Shown here in pieces: positions 1 through 9,555 of a stretch of 64,000 nucleotides of DNA. Origin of the DNA: Candidatus Bathyarchaeota archaeon (GTDB lineage Archaea; Thermoproteota; Bathyarchaeia; TCS64). Numbering within the stretch: the stretch's first letter is position 1; the number at the start of each line of letters is the position of its first letter. The DNA is taken from positions 1-64,000 of the forward strand of contig CAVYLP010000005.1 in assembly GCA_963769425.1 (NCBI GenBank), given 5' to 3'. The notes under the pieces were generated by a model. That model searched no databases. It was not told the DNA's origin and worked only from the letters and a program-made list of their open reading frames with translations. The position numbers were made by a program, and so were the translations under genes.

Positions 1-93
1 ATCCTTTTAATAAAGAGTTGAGAGCCAACAGAAGAAAATTAATTGAGGATTGCCAAACTCAGGTCCAAGCTCGGAAAACGGGACTAGCTATTT

Positions 94-1285
94 GGTTCTG
101 TCAAGTCTTCGGTTGGTCAGGGGGTTGTTCCCTCAACAAGAACCTATACCAATGAATTTAGCATCACTTTTAGAATTTCTCAAAACATACGTACCGCATA
201 TACAGTTTTTATACTCGGCGGGTAAGTCCACGGGAAACCGTGCCCAAATGGGCGAGAGAGAAAAACAGCTACTTTAAATCCTTGATTCCCTTGATGAGGG
301 CATCAGTCATCTTATTTGGAAGGCTGTCGATTGACTTTTTCAGTTCGTCCACCGAACTCTTCATCCCACCCATCGAGCTTTTTAACTCTTTCTTGGTGGC
401 GACCAGCTCCTTCGATATGTTACCGTACTTCTTTTCCATGATTTGGAAATTATCATTGGTGTCACTTCTCAATAGGGCAACCTCACCTTGAAGTCTGGAG
501 AAGTTCAGTTTGGCCATCTCAAACGATTCGAGTGATTCCTGTTCATATGGCGAATACGATCTGTCATCCCCATAGTCAATCTCGAATCCTTTATACTCTT
601 TCCAAGTTGGTGAATAACCTTCTTCTCCTTCCCAATAAGGCTCTATTTTGCGGACGTTAAGGCTGAACGGGTCTTCTGGTTTCCCCTTTACTTCAACTGT
701 TTTCAACAAACGTTCTATACTGTTCTTGTCGCCTTCGCAATAGATTTCGACCCTGCCTCTTTCCACGTTGCGGATGAGACCTTTTACGCTGTATAAGGTT
801 GCGATGTGTTTAACCAAAGCCCTATAGCCGACGCCTTGGACCGTCCCTTCGACAAGCACTCTAGCCTTAGCCATTCTGCCTACCTTCGGTTGGTATACAA
901 TAAAGCTTTGCCCGATCTGCCAAGCGGCTTCATACCATCTATGCTAATTTGTCAACTAACACTATATAAAATGACAGCATACTGATTTGTCAGTGAAGAA
1001 GGCGCTTTGCTTGGTCATGACTTGGATTGTGCCTTTTCCGCAGAAAGGGCATGGCCAATAATCGTAATCCAGAGGTATAAGCGTATTTTTTTAATTAATA
1101 AGGTGATGTGGATTTATTGGGAAAGATTATGGAACCATTTTTACGGCTCACCGATCAACCGAAAGGTTCACAACCCTATGGAAAGGACGGATCGACTAAA
1201 GAGGTAATAAAACCGAAGAACCTATCCATCTAATCTATCAACTGATTCTTTATAACCCCTGATCAACCGAAGACTTGACAGAACC
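94..1285. mobile_element. Non-autonomous element with IS6-like terminal inverted repeats carrying an acylphosphatase gene
   Basis: Left end 94-126 is GGTTCTGTCAAGTCTTCGGTTGGTCAGGGGGTT. The reverse complement of 1254-1285 is GGTTCTGTCAAGTCTTCGGTTGATCAGGGGTT (1 mismatch, 1 indel). The GGTTCTGT start resembles IS6-family termini. No intact transposase and no target-site duplication are visible. Confidence 0.7.
269..874 (-). CDS. Acylphosphatase with C-terminal coiled-coil extension
   Basis: VEGTVQGVGYR and IRN..G.VE acylphosphatase motifs, followed by a ~100-aa heptad-rich tail. Confidence 0.85.
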   Translation of the reverse strand: MAKARVLVEGTVQGVGYRALVKHIATLYSVKGLIRNVERGRVEIYCEGDKNSIERLLKTVEVKGKPEDPFSLNVRKIEPYWEGEEGYSPTWKEYKGFEIDYGDDRSYSPYEQESLESFEMAKLNFSRLQGEVALLRSDTNDNFQIMEKKYGNISKELVATKKELKSSMGGMKSSVDELKKSIDSLPNKMTDALIKGIKDLK

Positions 1286-1450
1286 CAACTTTCTCATTCT
1301 CGTTATCTAAAAGCAGTTCCACTGCGTTATTCTTCAAATTATGTGCATATTTTTTTGTTATTCCACTTTCTAGGGCTTTCTCACGAAGAAAAAGCCTATA
1401 ACCTATCTCTTTACTTTCGGCCCTTCGATGAGAACTCTCTTAGTGACCAC
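1286..1450 (-). pseudogene. 5' fragment of a second acylphosphatase-family gene, frameshifted and truncated by the right inverted repeat
   Basis: Manual translation from GTG at 1450 (GGTGA RBS at 1465-1461) gives MVTKRVLIEGPKV, then a frameshift, then EIGYRLFLREKALESGITKKYAHNLKNNAVELLLDNENEKV. Not in the ORF track. Confidence 0.7.
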
Positions 1451-1774
1451 CTTTTAACACTCACCGAATCGGTCTTCTACAAGTAAAGCAGGCCATAGAT
1501 TAAAGTTATCTTTCATTATAGGTAAATTATGCTTACGGTAAACTGATGATTATTATTGTACACACTTTAGTGATTAATGATTGAAATAAAAATGATGGGA
1601 ATTGTAGGTCCCTAAAAATTCGCTCTCGTTGCTTCCATCCATAATTGTAAATTTTCCATCCTAAGGTAGTCTTTGGTTATATTTTCTGTAGGGGTCGCTT
1701 TATCTGTTGGATCCTCCAGCATATTTAACGCCAGATTAAGGAGCTGAATCAGGCTGTCTAGTGACGTATCTGAA

Positions 1775-3313
1775 ATGATGCGCGGCTCGGCCCGGGGGAG
1801 CCTGATGCTCCTAGTGGGCCAGATAGTCACAGCCATCATCTCGACTTTCACAGTCATCTGGATGGCCAGGTTCCTAGGCCCCACAGCCTACGGCCAATAC
1901 ACAATCGCGTTACTACCCATCTCAATCGCCCTACTCTTCCAAGACCTCGGAATGAACACCGCATTGATGAGATTCTGCGCCCTATATCGACACGAGAGAC
2001 GACACTCTGAACTCAAGACAATCGTCGTAACCGGGTTAGTCTTCAGCATATTTACAAGCATCATAATCAGCGCGGCAATGTACCTATTCGCCGACCCAAT
2101 CGCCACAGTCTTCCTAAAGAGACCCGAGGTAACGCCGCTGGTTCAGGCTTCGGCCCTAGCTGTGCTAGGCGGTGGAGGCCTCCTGACAACGATTCAGGCT
2201 ATACTCGTCGGCTACGAGATGATGGGGGTCAGGAGCTTCACCCAGATCTTCTGGTCACTCATGCGAACAGTCTTCACAGTAGCACTACTACTAATTGGAC
2301 TCGGTGCTTTTGGGGCTGTATTAGCCTACACAGCTTCCCAGATTGTCGCCGGGTTGGTCGGAGTTCTTCTTGTCTTCTTAGTCATCAAATTCGAGGGAGG
2401 AAAAACGAGTCTCAGCTGGACCGTATTAAGGAAATTTCTCAGTTATGGACTCCCTGTCTCCATGGGATCTCTAATCGGCGGAGTCCTATCCCAATTATTC
2501 AACAGCCTAATGGTCATATATGTAGCCACTGACCTAATCGGAAACTACGGTGCGGCCACAAACTTCGGCGTCCTCGTATCCTTCCTAACCGTCCCCATCT
2601 CAACGACCCTCTTCCCACTCTTCAGCAAGTTCAAGAAGAATGACGTAGAGCTAAAGGCGATCTTCCGCTTAGCCGTCAAGTACACTGCGATGATAACGAT
2701 ACCCGTGGTCCTAGTAATCATAGCACTCTCAGCACCACTCACCCGGATCATCTACGGAGTCGACTATCCATACGTGGCCGAATACCTCAACCTATACATC
2801 CTGACCTTCGCCTGGGAAGGCTTAGGCGGCATCTCCCTCGGAAATGCAATCAGCGGAGTCGGCGAGTCAAAGGTAAGCTTCCGAGCAAGCGTCTACACAT
2901 TCATCACAGGAACAATCCTAGTATTCGCCCTCGGCCCAACCTATGGAATAGTTGGAATACTGATTACAATGATAATTTGCCCTAGAGCTGGCTGGATCTA
3001 TCAGATCACCTGGGCGAAGAAAAACATGAATCTGACTGTGGATTGGGGCTCGACGGTAAAAATATACTTAACCGCATTCGCAGCATTCGCAGCCACATAC
3101 CTATTGGTTTCAGTATTGAGTCTGAAAGGTTGGATAGCATTAGTCGCTGGAGGGTTAACGTATTTACTAATCTATGCCTTTGGACTTCCTCTCAGTGGTG
3201 CAATAAAGAAAAGTGACCTCTCTCAACTTGGAGTCCTTGTTGAGGGATTAGGTCCGATAGGACGAATCGGTAGATCGCTTCTCTCGATTTTGGGCAGATT
3301 CACAAAAGACTGA
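1775..3313 (+). CDS. Oligosaccharide flippase (Wzx/MOP superfamily)
   Basis: 512 aa, about 14 TM segments, ARFLGPTAYGQY and DLGMNTALMRF motifs. Confidence 0.85.
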   Translation: MMRGSARGSLMLLVGQIVTAIISTFTVIWMARFLGPTAYGQYTIALLPISIALLFQDLGMNTALMRFCALYRHERRHSELKTIVVTGLVFSIFTSIIISAAMYLFADPIATVFLKRPEVTPLVQASALAVLGGGGLLTTIQAILVGYEMMGVRSFTQIFWSLMRTVFTVALLLIGLGAFGAVLAYTASQIVAGLVGVLLVFLVIKFEGGKTSLSWTVLRKFLSYGLPVSMGSLIGGVLSQLFNSLMVIYVATDLIGNYGAATNFGVLVSFLTVPISTTLFPLFSKFKKNDVELKAIFRLAVKYTAMITIPVVLVIIALSAPLTRIIYGVDYPYVAEYLNLYILTFAWEGLGGISLGNAISGVGESKVSFRASVYTFITGTILVFALGPTYGIVGILITMIICPRAGWIYQITWAKKNMNLTVDWGSTVKIYLTAFAAFAATYLLVSVLSLKGWIALVAGGLTYLLIYAFGLPLSGAIKKSDLSQLGVLVEGLGPIGRIGRSLLSILGRFTKD

Positions 3314-3322
3314 TTTCGAAGG

Positions 3323-4570
3323 CTAACCCGTGTCTAAGCTATTGATTCTTGTGACTGTCATTGTCGCGAGAAACGTGATTGCCGAAGCGATGATGAATCC
3401 CACCGAGTAACCGTACAATGTTATCAGGATTCCCCCAACTGCGGAGCCGATTGCTGCAGCAATTGCTGTTGCCGATATGAGTTGGCCAACCACGCTGCTC
3501 TTCCGATCCTCAGGTGCCTGCGAAATAGCGAAGCTACTTAGAGGTAGCCACAGCATCGCGTAGAATACGTTGATCATGGCTGAGATGATTAGGGGGAAGA
3601 TGAAGACGTAACTAGGTGGGCTTGGGATTAAGAAGGGGAGAGGAGCCCAACATAGAACGAGGAGTGCACGAGCTGAGATTAGATCCTTCAAGTGTTGAGG
3701 ACCAGTTTTTGCTCGAGGGGCTATCCAGATGAAGGATACAGCTGCAGCTATGCCGTTGCCAACGTTTAGGGCGAGAATAAGGCTGTCACTTAGGCCGAGG
3801 GCCTTCATGAGCGGAGTCATCCCTACGGAGTAGATGCTTATCCCCGTCCAGTGAATGAAGGCAGTGATCATGAGTAGCTGAATCGAGCTCAACCTATTCA
3901 GGCTGGTTGGTAGCCTGATTTTCCGAATGTCAATATGTTGGAGTAGAGGTCTTGGTGATAAAAGTCCTTCAACGTCATGTAGCATTTGGCTAAATGAGTG
4001 CCTCTCGAATGTAATCACCGGCTCCTTCCCAAGTCTCCACAAGAAAAGTGCAGCCAATAAGCAGACGCCGGCTGAGATGTAGAAGAGGCTCTGTGTAGGA
4101 TAGTAATTAGCTGCAAAAGTGAATGCTAATAGGCCGACTATGTTTCCGATGCTCATTATTGAATTAAGCCGTGCAATCTCCCCTGACCAGTTTTTACCCA
4201 TGCAGCATTCAACGGTGTACATCACGGCGATTGGGGCGACGCCGCTACTCACGGCTATCACGAGTGTGTAGAGAATTGTGATCTGGGGAATCCCATTCAC
4301 TATACTCAAGGCTGCAAAAAGGGGAACGAGGATAACCGAGAAGAAAAGTAGGTAGATCTTCCTCTGAGAGGAAACGTCCGATAGGCGCCCCCAAACCATG
4401 GAGAGAACGAAGCTGGCCGCTGAGCCCGCTGCGCTGATCGCGCCCACCTCCGCAACACTTGCACCTAATGAAAGCGCGACAAGTGTAACTAGCAAGCCGG
4501 GGTTCCCAATGGCCATGTAGAGGGGAATCATAGAGAGATGCCAGCGCGTCTCCTTCTTGTCACGAGACAT
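3323..4570 (-). CDS. MFS transporter
   Basis: About 12 TM segments; motif A-like WGRLSD..SQRK. Confidence 0.85.
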   Translation of the reverse strand: MSRDKKETRWHLSMIPLYMAIGNPGLLVTLVALSLGASVAEVGAISAAGSAASFVLSMVWGRLSDVSSQRKIYLLFFSVILVPLFAALSIVNGIPQITILYTLVIAVSSGVAPIAVMYTVECCMGKNWSGEIARLNSIMSIGNIVGLLAFTFAANYYPTQSLFYISAGVCLLAALFLWRLGKEPVITFERHSFSQMLHDVEGLLSPRPLLQHIDIRKIRLPTSLNRLSSIQLLMITAFIHWTGISIYSVGMTPLMKALGLSDSLILALNVGNGIAAAVSFIWIAPRAKTGPQHLKDLISARALLVLCWAPLPFLIPSPPSYVFIFPLIISAMINVFYAMLWLPLSSFAISQAPEDRKSSVVGQLISATAIAAAIGSAVGGILITLYGYSVGFIIASAITFLATMTVTRINSLDTG

Positions 4571-4741
4571 TAACTGATGATTCCCTCACACAGCCCACAT
4601 CTTTAGGGGTTATAAATAAAGTAACCATTAGCGTTGATGCTAAAACTCTTTACATACTGAATGTTATCGATTTTTTACTCAGGAATATGCTAAGTAGGCC
4701 ATCTATAAAGGTACTTAACTAGGTAAAATGTCCCAGTAATT

Positions 4742-5140
4742 ATGGATTTACCCACTTTAAGCCTCCTCCTACAGCTACTAATCTTCGCTATGCTAGTTTT
4801 CGGGTATCTCCGATTCAGAGCTGGTGACCTTAAAGGCCATGGATTGGTTCTAGCTACAGCTACGGTCATTCACATTGGAGTGATTATTCTCAGGATGATA
4901 CCTGCAATGGCAGCCGATCCCGAGTTTACGTATATCACCCTCGATCCCGTGAGTCTAATTCACTGGGGACATGTTGCTCTGGGTCTTCTCGCCCCAGCCC
5001 TAGGAGTTTACATATCCCTGAGGTGGTTTGTGCATGGCTCCGATCCTCGTTTTTGCAGGGGTAAATGGCTGATGAGGATCACGTTCGTAACTTGGTTAGT
5101 GTCCCTACTGTTTGGCATTGTTATGTATTTTATAGGCTAG
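4742..5140 (+). CDS. DUF420-like 4-TM membrane protein with several His residues
   Basis: Four TM segments; HG, IH and HWGH His residues; W..S...G ending. Confidence 0.55.
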   Translation: MDLPTLSLLLQLLIFAMLVFGYLRFRAGDLKGHGLVLATATVIHIGVIILRMIPAMAADPEFTYITLDPVSLIHWGHVALGLLAPALGVYISLRWFVHGSDPRFCRGKWLMRITFVTWLVSLLFGIVMYFIG

Positions 5141-5166
5141 TTTTTTCACCTAGCATACTCGTACGT

Positions 5167-5928
5167 CTACAGAAATAGATCTTTCTCCCTAGGCCAAACC
5201 AAGTCCGCGGCCTTCGATGCCTCATCAAACCGAACCGTGTAACCTCGTATGATCGCTGCAGGCGTCCCCTCCGAAGCTTGCCCGATCACCAGCTCAGCTG
5301 CCGCCGCTAACTCATCAGCGATGGCAATCCTCTTCACCTTCAACTCGTACCCGAAGAGGTCCGTCTCCCCCCTCCTGTCGAGAATAACGGATAACCCCGA
5401 TGCTCCGATGGCGACGTTCACCTCGCCGTCCTTGTGAGCTCGACCATGTGTATCTGATATAATCACAGAGACCTTTTTTCCGGATAACTCCTCCAACCTA
5501 AGGCGTATAGCCCTCGCTGAAGCATCGGGGTCCAAGGGTAACAACGCCACCTTCTCACCACCCTCAACATTTGACTTATCGATGCCCGAGTTTGCACAGA
5601 CGAATCCATTCTTCGTCTCGGTAATGAGGATGCCCGGTGCCATTCTCCTCACGGCCCTTGATTCCCTCAAGACTACTTCTACGACTCTTGGATCCTTTCC
5701 CGTGTACGCTGCAAAGTTGTTCGCTGGACCGGACGGTGAGACAGTAGCGAGATCGATAAGTCTGTTCTCAGCTTTTGATACGATCTTATGGGTTACGACG
5801 ATAATGTCGCCGTCACATATTGGGTTTCCGAGCTTATTCGAGGCCTCTATTAATAACATAGGGACATCGTCCCAAGCCTTAATCATGGGTAGACCTGTCA
5901 GGGGGATGATTTGGATGCTCATTGACAT
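5167..5928 (-). CDS. cofE: Coenzyme F420-0:L-glutamate ligase
   Basis: KIVSKAE, CANSGIDKSN, LLPLDPDASA, SDTHGR, DELAAAA and IIRG motifs. Confidence 0.92.
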   Translation of the reverse strand: MSMSIQIIPLTGLPMIKAWDDVPMLLIEASNKLGNPICDGDIIVVTHKIVSKAENRLIDLATVSPSGPANNFAAYTGKDPRVVEVVLRESRAVRRMAPGILITETKNGFVCANSGIDKSNVEGGEKVALLPLDPDASARAIRLRLEELSGKKVSVIISDTHGRAHKDGEVNVAIGASGLSVILDRRGETDLFGYELKVKRIAIADELAAAAELVIGQASEGTPAAIIRGYTVRFDEASKAADLVWPREKDLFL

Positions 5929-6044
5929 TTACTGAATAGAGATAACTATTAACAAGTTTGTTCGATTACGAATTCAATTATTAGAAAAATATTGTAGTCT
6001 ATCGGAAAAAAACTTTTAATTTTTTGTATAGATGCTCTCCGTTT

Positions 6045-6842
6045 CTAATATTTCTCGATGCTCATTATCAGAAATCCGTACACAAAGATCATTGACTCCG
6101 CCATCACGATCACGTCGTAGAAGGGTCCACCCCTAATGAACAGTATACCTCCCGTTCCTGATACCCAGACAAATACTAGGGCGGCAAGGATGAAGAATCG
6201 CGCACTCGCACTCTTCCTAAGAGAGATGAAAAGTGAGGCTATAATTAGTACTCCAGTAAAGAATGCTAAAACGAAGTGCACATACCAAATAGTGCCAAAG
6301 AGGGCGCTGAAAATCGATGTGACACCAAATAAAACGTGGAAGGAAATCGACGCTAACGCTGCATAGACCAATTTTAGTTTAAGATCCTTTGGGTCAGTTC
6401 TTATTCGGCCCAGACTGTTCGCTACTTTAGCTAAGGATATTCCCGTGATGGGTATTCCTACCCCGATTGTGGCGGTCATAGCGAGGTTGATCAGGTCCAT
6501 GTTGGCCGTGGTGGGGTTCCCCAGGAAAATCCAGCCTGTGGATCCACCAAATATTGCTACGAGAAAGAGCCCAACGTTGAGCAGGTAAATACCCCTGAAT
6601 CCGCGTAAACGAGCGAGAACCCCCACCGTTCCGCTGACGACCGCGAAGCTAGCCGCTAGAAATCCGTGCAGCATAACGATTGGCGAGGTGACAGCTGCTT
6701 CCTGAATAACCAAGGCCTGCCATACCCCAACCGAATAAGTTAGAATCAGCAGGAAGGCCTGGAGGTAGATCAGACTGACGAGCAACTCCCCACCTTCCAC
6801 TAACTGACGCGTGGAGTTCTTTGGCTGTGATGCTTGGCTCAT
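6045..6842 (-). CDS. Uncharacterised 8-TM membrane protein (two 4-TM repeats, each with His and Met)
   Basis: Likely start MSQASQ at 6842, overlapping the upstream stop. Paralogous to 6839..7855. Confidence 0.75.
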   Translation of the reverse strand: MSQASQPKNSTRQLVEGGELLVSLIYLQAFLLILTYSVGVWQALVIQEAAVTSPIVMLHGFLAASFAVVSGTVGVLARLRGFRGIYLLNVGLFLVAIFGGSTGWIFLGNPTTANMDLINLAMTATIGVGIPITGISLAKVANSLGRIRTDPKDLKLKLVYAALASISFHVLFGVTSIFSALFGTIWYVHFVLAFFTGVLIIASLFISLRKSASARFFILAALVFVWVSGTGGILFIRGGPFYDVIVMAESMIFVYGFLIMSIEKY

Positions 6843-7855
6843 CTTTTCCCCTCCCCAAAGATCTGCTTCATCGTAATGGCTTGAACCACATCGAGGGTCG
6901 CGTAGTAGGCGAGGAAAAACGCGAGCATGAAGATCAGCGACATAACCCATCCACCGACCAGTGTCAACGAGCCAGTTGCCCTGCCCCCACCGGTTGCGAG
7001 GAATAAGAGTCCACCTACAGAACTCACAGATATGGACGCGAGGGCTCCGAAGCTGAAGAACGCGGCTCTCCTCATCCCATAAACGTAGGCAGCGATCATC
7101 ACGAAGAATGAGAAACCAAAGTTCAGTGTCGTGAGAATCATGTGCAGAATGTTAGTCGGGTCGCCTATGTTGATGGTATTGACGCCCGACGTTATCCAGA
7201 TGTTAATGTACATGCCTGTAAAGTAGAGGAATAGATAGACTACGAAGTTTAGGTAGCACACGTTGAGGATGATCTTGAGGTTGGGGAGGCTCAATCCACT
7301 TGATGCCTTTAGCGGTTTCTCTGCCCCAATGTGTTGCTTACCCAGAACTTTGCCGGATGCGTCTAGTAATCCGTACTTGAGGAGAACATCCTCACGGTAG
7401 ACAAAGATCCTGCTCAGGAAGGTAAGTGTGACTGCTATCATGAAGACTGAGGCCATGATGAAGCTAGAAACGTTCCCATAAGTACTCAGGCTAACGGCCT
7501 GGGTGGAGTAATATATGAAGAGTGGCCCTCCTATGAATCCCCCACTCCTGACTGAGATTGCGGCGACGTGCAGCCACGAGACCTTATTTAGGCCTAGTTT
7601 CCTGGCTGCGGGAATAATGGGTATACTCATGCCTGTGCTTAGGACTGCAAAGAGCCCATGGGCGAGTAGCAGCGGGGATGTGAGCATCTCGGTTAGAATG
7701 CTCGTTGCAGTTGGTTGGAGTGTACCCGGCACCTGGTAGTAGTAGTTTACTACCATCCCCATCGCGATGGTGCCCCAGTAGAAGAAGAATTGAAGGTATA
7801 GCCATATGTGGATATTGTGTAGTATCTTAGAAGCATCGACTTTTTTTCCACTCAT
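6839..7855 (-). CDS. Uncharacterised 8-TM membrane protein (two 4-TM repeats, each with His and Met)
   Basis: Internal duplication: GMVVN/GMYIN, LAHG/ILHM, GGPLF/GGLLF, FIMA/WVMS. Confidence 0.8.
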   Translation of the reverse strand: MSGKKVDASKILHNIHIWLYLQFFFYWGTIAMGMVVNYYYQVPGTLQPTATSILTEMLTSPLLLAHGLFAVLSTGMSIPIIPAARKLGLNKVSWLHVAAISVRSGGFIGGPLFIYYSTQAVSLSTYGNVSSFIMASVFMIAVTLTFLSRIFVYREDVLLKYGLLDASGKVLGKQHIGAEKPLKASSGLSLPNLKIILNVCYLNFVVYLFLYFTGMYINIWITSGVNTINIGDPTNILHMILTTLNFGFSFFVMIAAYVYGMRRAAFFSFGALASISVSSVGGLLFLATGGGRATGSLTLVGGWVMSLIFMLAFFLAYYATLDVVQAITMKQIFGEGKR

Positions 7856-7927
7856 TCAATTAAACTAATTGAAGAAATGAATTTAAACCGATAACAAAAA
7901 GGGGAAAATTTTATTGGATTTCCGAGA

Positions 7928-8432
7928 TTATTTCACTATAACCATACCCCACATGCCCAGGTCGGTGTGTCCAGGGACTGGGCAGAGGTAGTAATAGGTA
8001 CCTGCTTGATCCGGTGTGAAGGTTACTGAGCCACTCTGCCCCGGTGTTATTGGGTTCGACGCGGATCCAACAGCTGCGTTCCACATCGTCGTCGCAGTTG
8101 CGCTGTTGGCGTTCTTGATGACTAATGCGTGCGGGAACTGACCAACATCGTAGAAAGTCAATGTGTACGTGATCCCAACTGTCATGTTAAGAGTCGGACC
8201 CGGTGACTTCAGAGCGCTCTGAGTTAGACCGAATCCATAGACCGACGCAGAGACCTCGCCCCCGTAGATGGAGATCGAAGCAGTCATTGTTGATCCTGTT
8301 GTTGACCCTGGGGTTGACCCCGGTGGTGGTGGAATGCTCGTTTGAGTCCCCATCCAATAATAGTAGCCACCTACAAGTTACAACAATTACTACCACGGCA
8401 ACAGCCGCGTAGACAACCGTTTTAGATGCCAT
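7928..8432 (-). CDS. Membrane-anchored type-1 blue copper protein (sulfocyanin/rusticyanin-like cupredoxin), frameshifted near 8375
   Basis: Copper ligands FPHAL and YLCPVPGHTDLGM (C-x4-H-x4-M). The N-terminal anchor MASKTVVYAAVAVVVIVV is in another frame. Pro/Thr linker between anchor and domain. Confidence 0.85.
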
Positions 8433-8588
8433 TCATAACACCTCTTAACGATCGAACTTTTTTTCCTCAACTATTCCTCAGGAATGTTTCTTTTTAAACC
8501 CGTAACAAATTGCGTTGTTTTTAAGGCTATTCAAAGTTCAACTGTTTATAATCAAAGTTTTAGTAGAAAATCTATTGCGAGTAAGATC

Positions 8589-9555
8589 ATGGGCGAAAAA
8601 AAATCGAATAAAAAAAATGATATGAAAGCCAAAAAGCCTGACGAGAGTCGACGTAACTTCTTGAAGTACGCCGGAGTTGGAGCAGCTGGAATAGCTGTCG
8701 GTGCGATCGTAGAGTATCCTTTCCTGAACGGTGAGGTTCAGAGCGCGAACAGCCAACTGCAGACTGCGAACAGCCAGCTGCAAACAGCCAACCAGAAGAT
8801 CTCCACCCTGAACTCTCAGCTTCAAACAGACACCTCACAAATATCCAGTCTCCAGGCACAGGTTGCAGAGAGTTCAGCATTCATCTCCTTGAATCTAAAG
8901 GAACAATCACTCCTCGAGTCGATTGTTGAGAGCCATCGTCCCCACGGACGCAAATGGGCCGGGGGCAAAAGAGGCAGGGGTCATCTACTTCATCGACAAA
9001 CAGCTCGCGACTGATTATGGCAAGAGTGCTAACGATGTACGATGAAGGGTCCATTCATCCCACAGGGAATGAGTGGCCCGATCACCGTTGGAGGCATTAC
9101 GTATCCTGGTGGGACCCCCTCGGTCCCATTTGCTGGTGGGCAGCGTCTCCAGTACTCGATGGCTATGAAGGAGTTCTGGCGGTACGGTCTGCTTGCCCTT
9201 CAGGCTTATGCAAACTCAGCTTATGGATCCGACTTCGAGAAGCTGACTGGTCCTCAGAAGACTCAGGTTTTGACTGACCTCTTCAACAATAAGCCCACGA
9301 GCTTCAACTCGATCATGCCACAGGACTTCTTCAACGAGCTGATCTTCATGGCTTGGTCCGGCTTCCCTAATGGACCCCTCATACGGGGGGAACATCAATA
9401 TGGTCGGTTGGAAGCTAGTGGCATTCAACGGTACTAACATGGGCAACTTCTACGGGGAGGGGCTTCACTCCGTGGATCTCATGGTAGCTAACAAGCCGAC
9501 GCGGCTGCAACCCGCGAGTCTTGGGCAGTTCCAGAAAGGAGGGGGGGTGATGTAA
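8589..9555 (+). CDS. Gluconate 2-dehydrogenase subunit 3 (gamma) family protein with TAT signal and coiled-coil stalk; about 3 frameshifts
   Basis: SRRNFLK twin-arginine motif. Joined frames give IVPTDANGPGAKEAGVIYFIDKQL ... GF.MDPSYGGNINMVGWKLVAF, typical of this family. Confidence 0.8.
8745..8795 (+). repeat. 21-bp coding tandem repeat (ANSQLQT heptads, about 2.4 copies)
   Basis: gcgaacagccaactgcagact / gcgaacagccagctgcaaaca / gccaaccag. Confidence 0.85.

Noticed and set aside
1007-1207. 66-aa ORF as a transposase C-terminal remnant
   Set aside because: No recognisable DDE or IS6 motif is present in the frames I translated.
99-1280. Tn7/Mu-type TGT...ACA ends
   Set aside because: The flanking 5-mers (GGTTC/GAACC) are inverted rather than direct, so they belong to the inverted repeat and are not a 5-bp target duplication.
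8745-8795. Possible mini-CRISPR or non-coding repeat
   Set aside because: It is an in-frame 21-bp coding repeat with no spacers.
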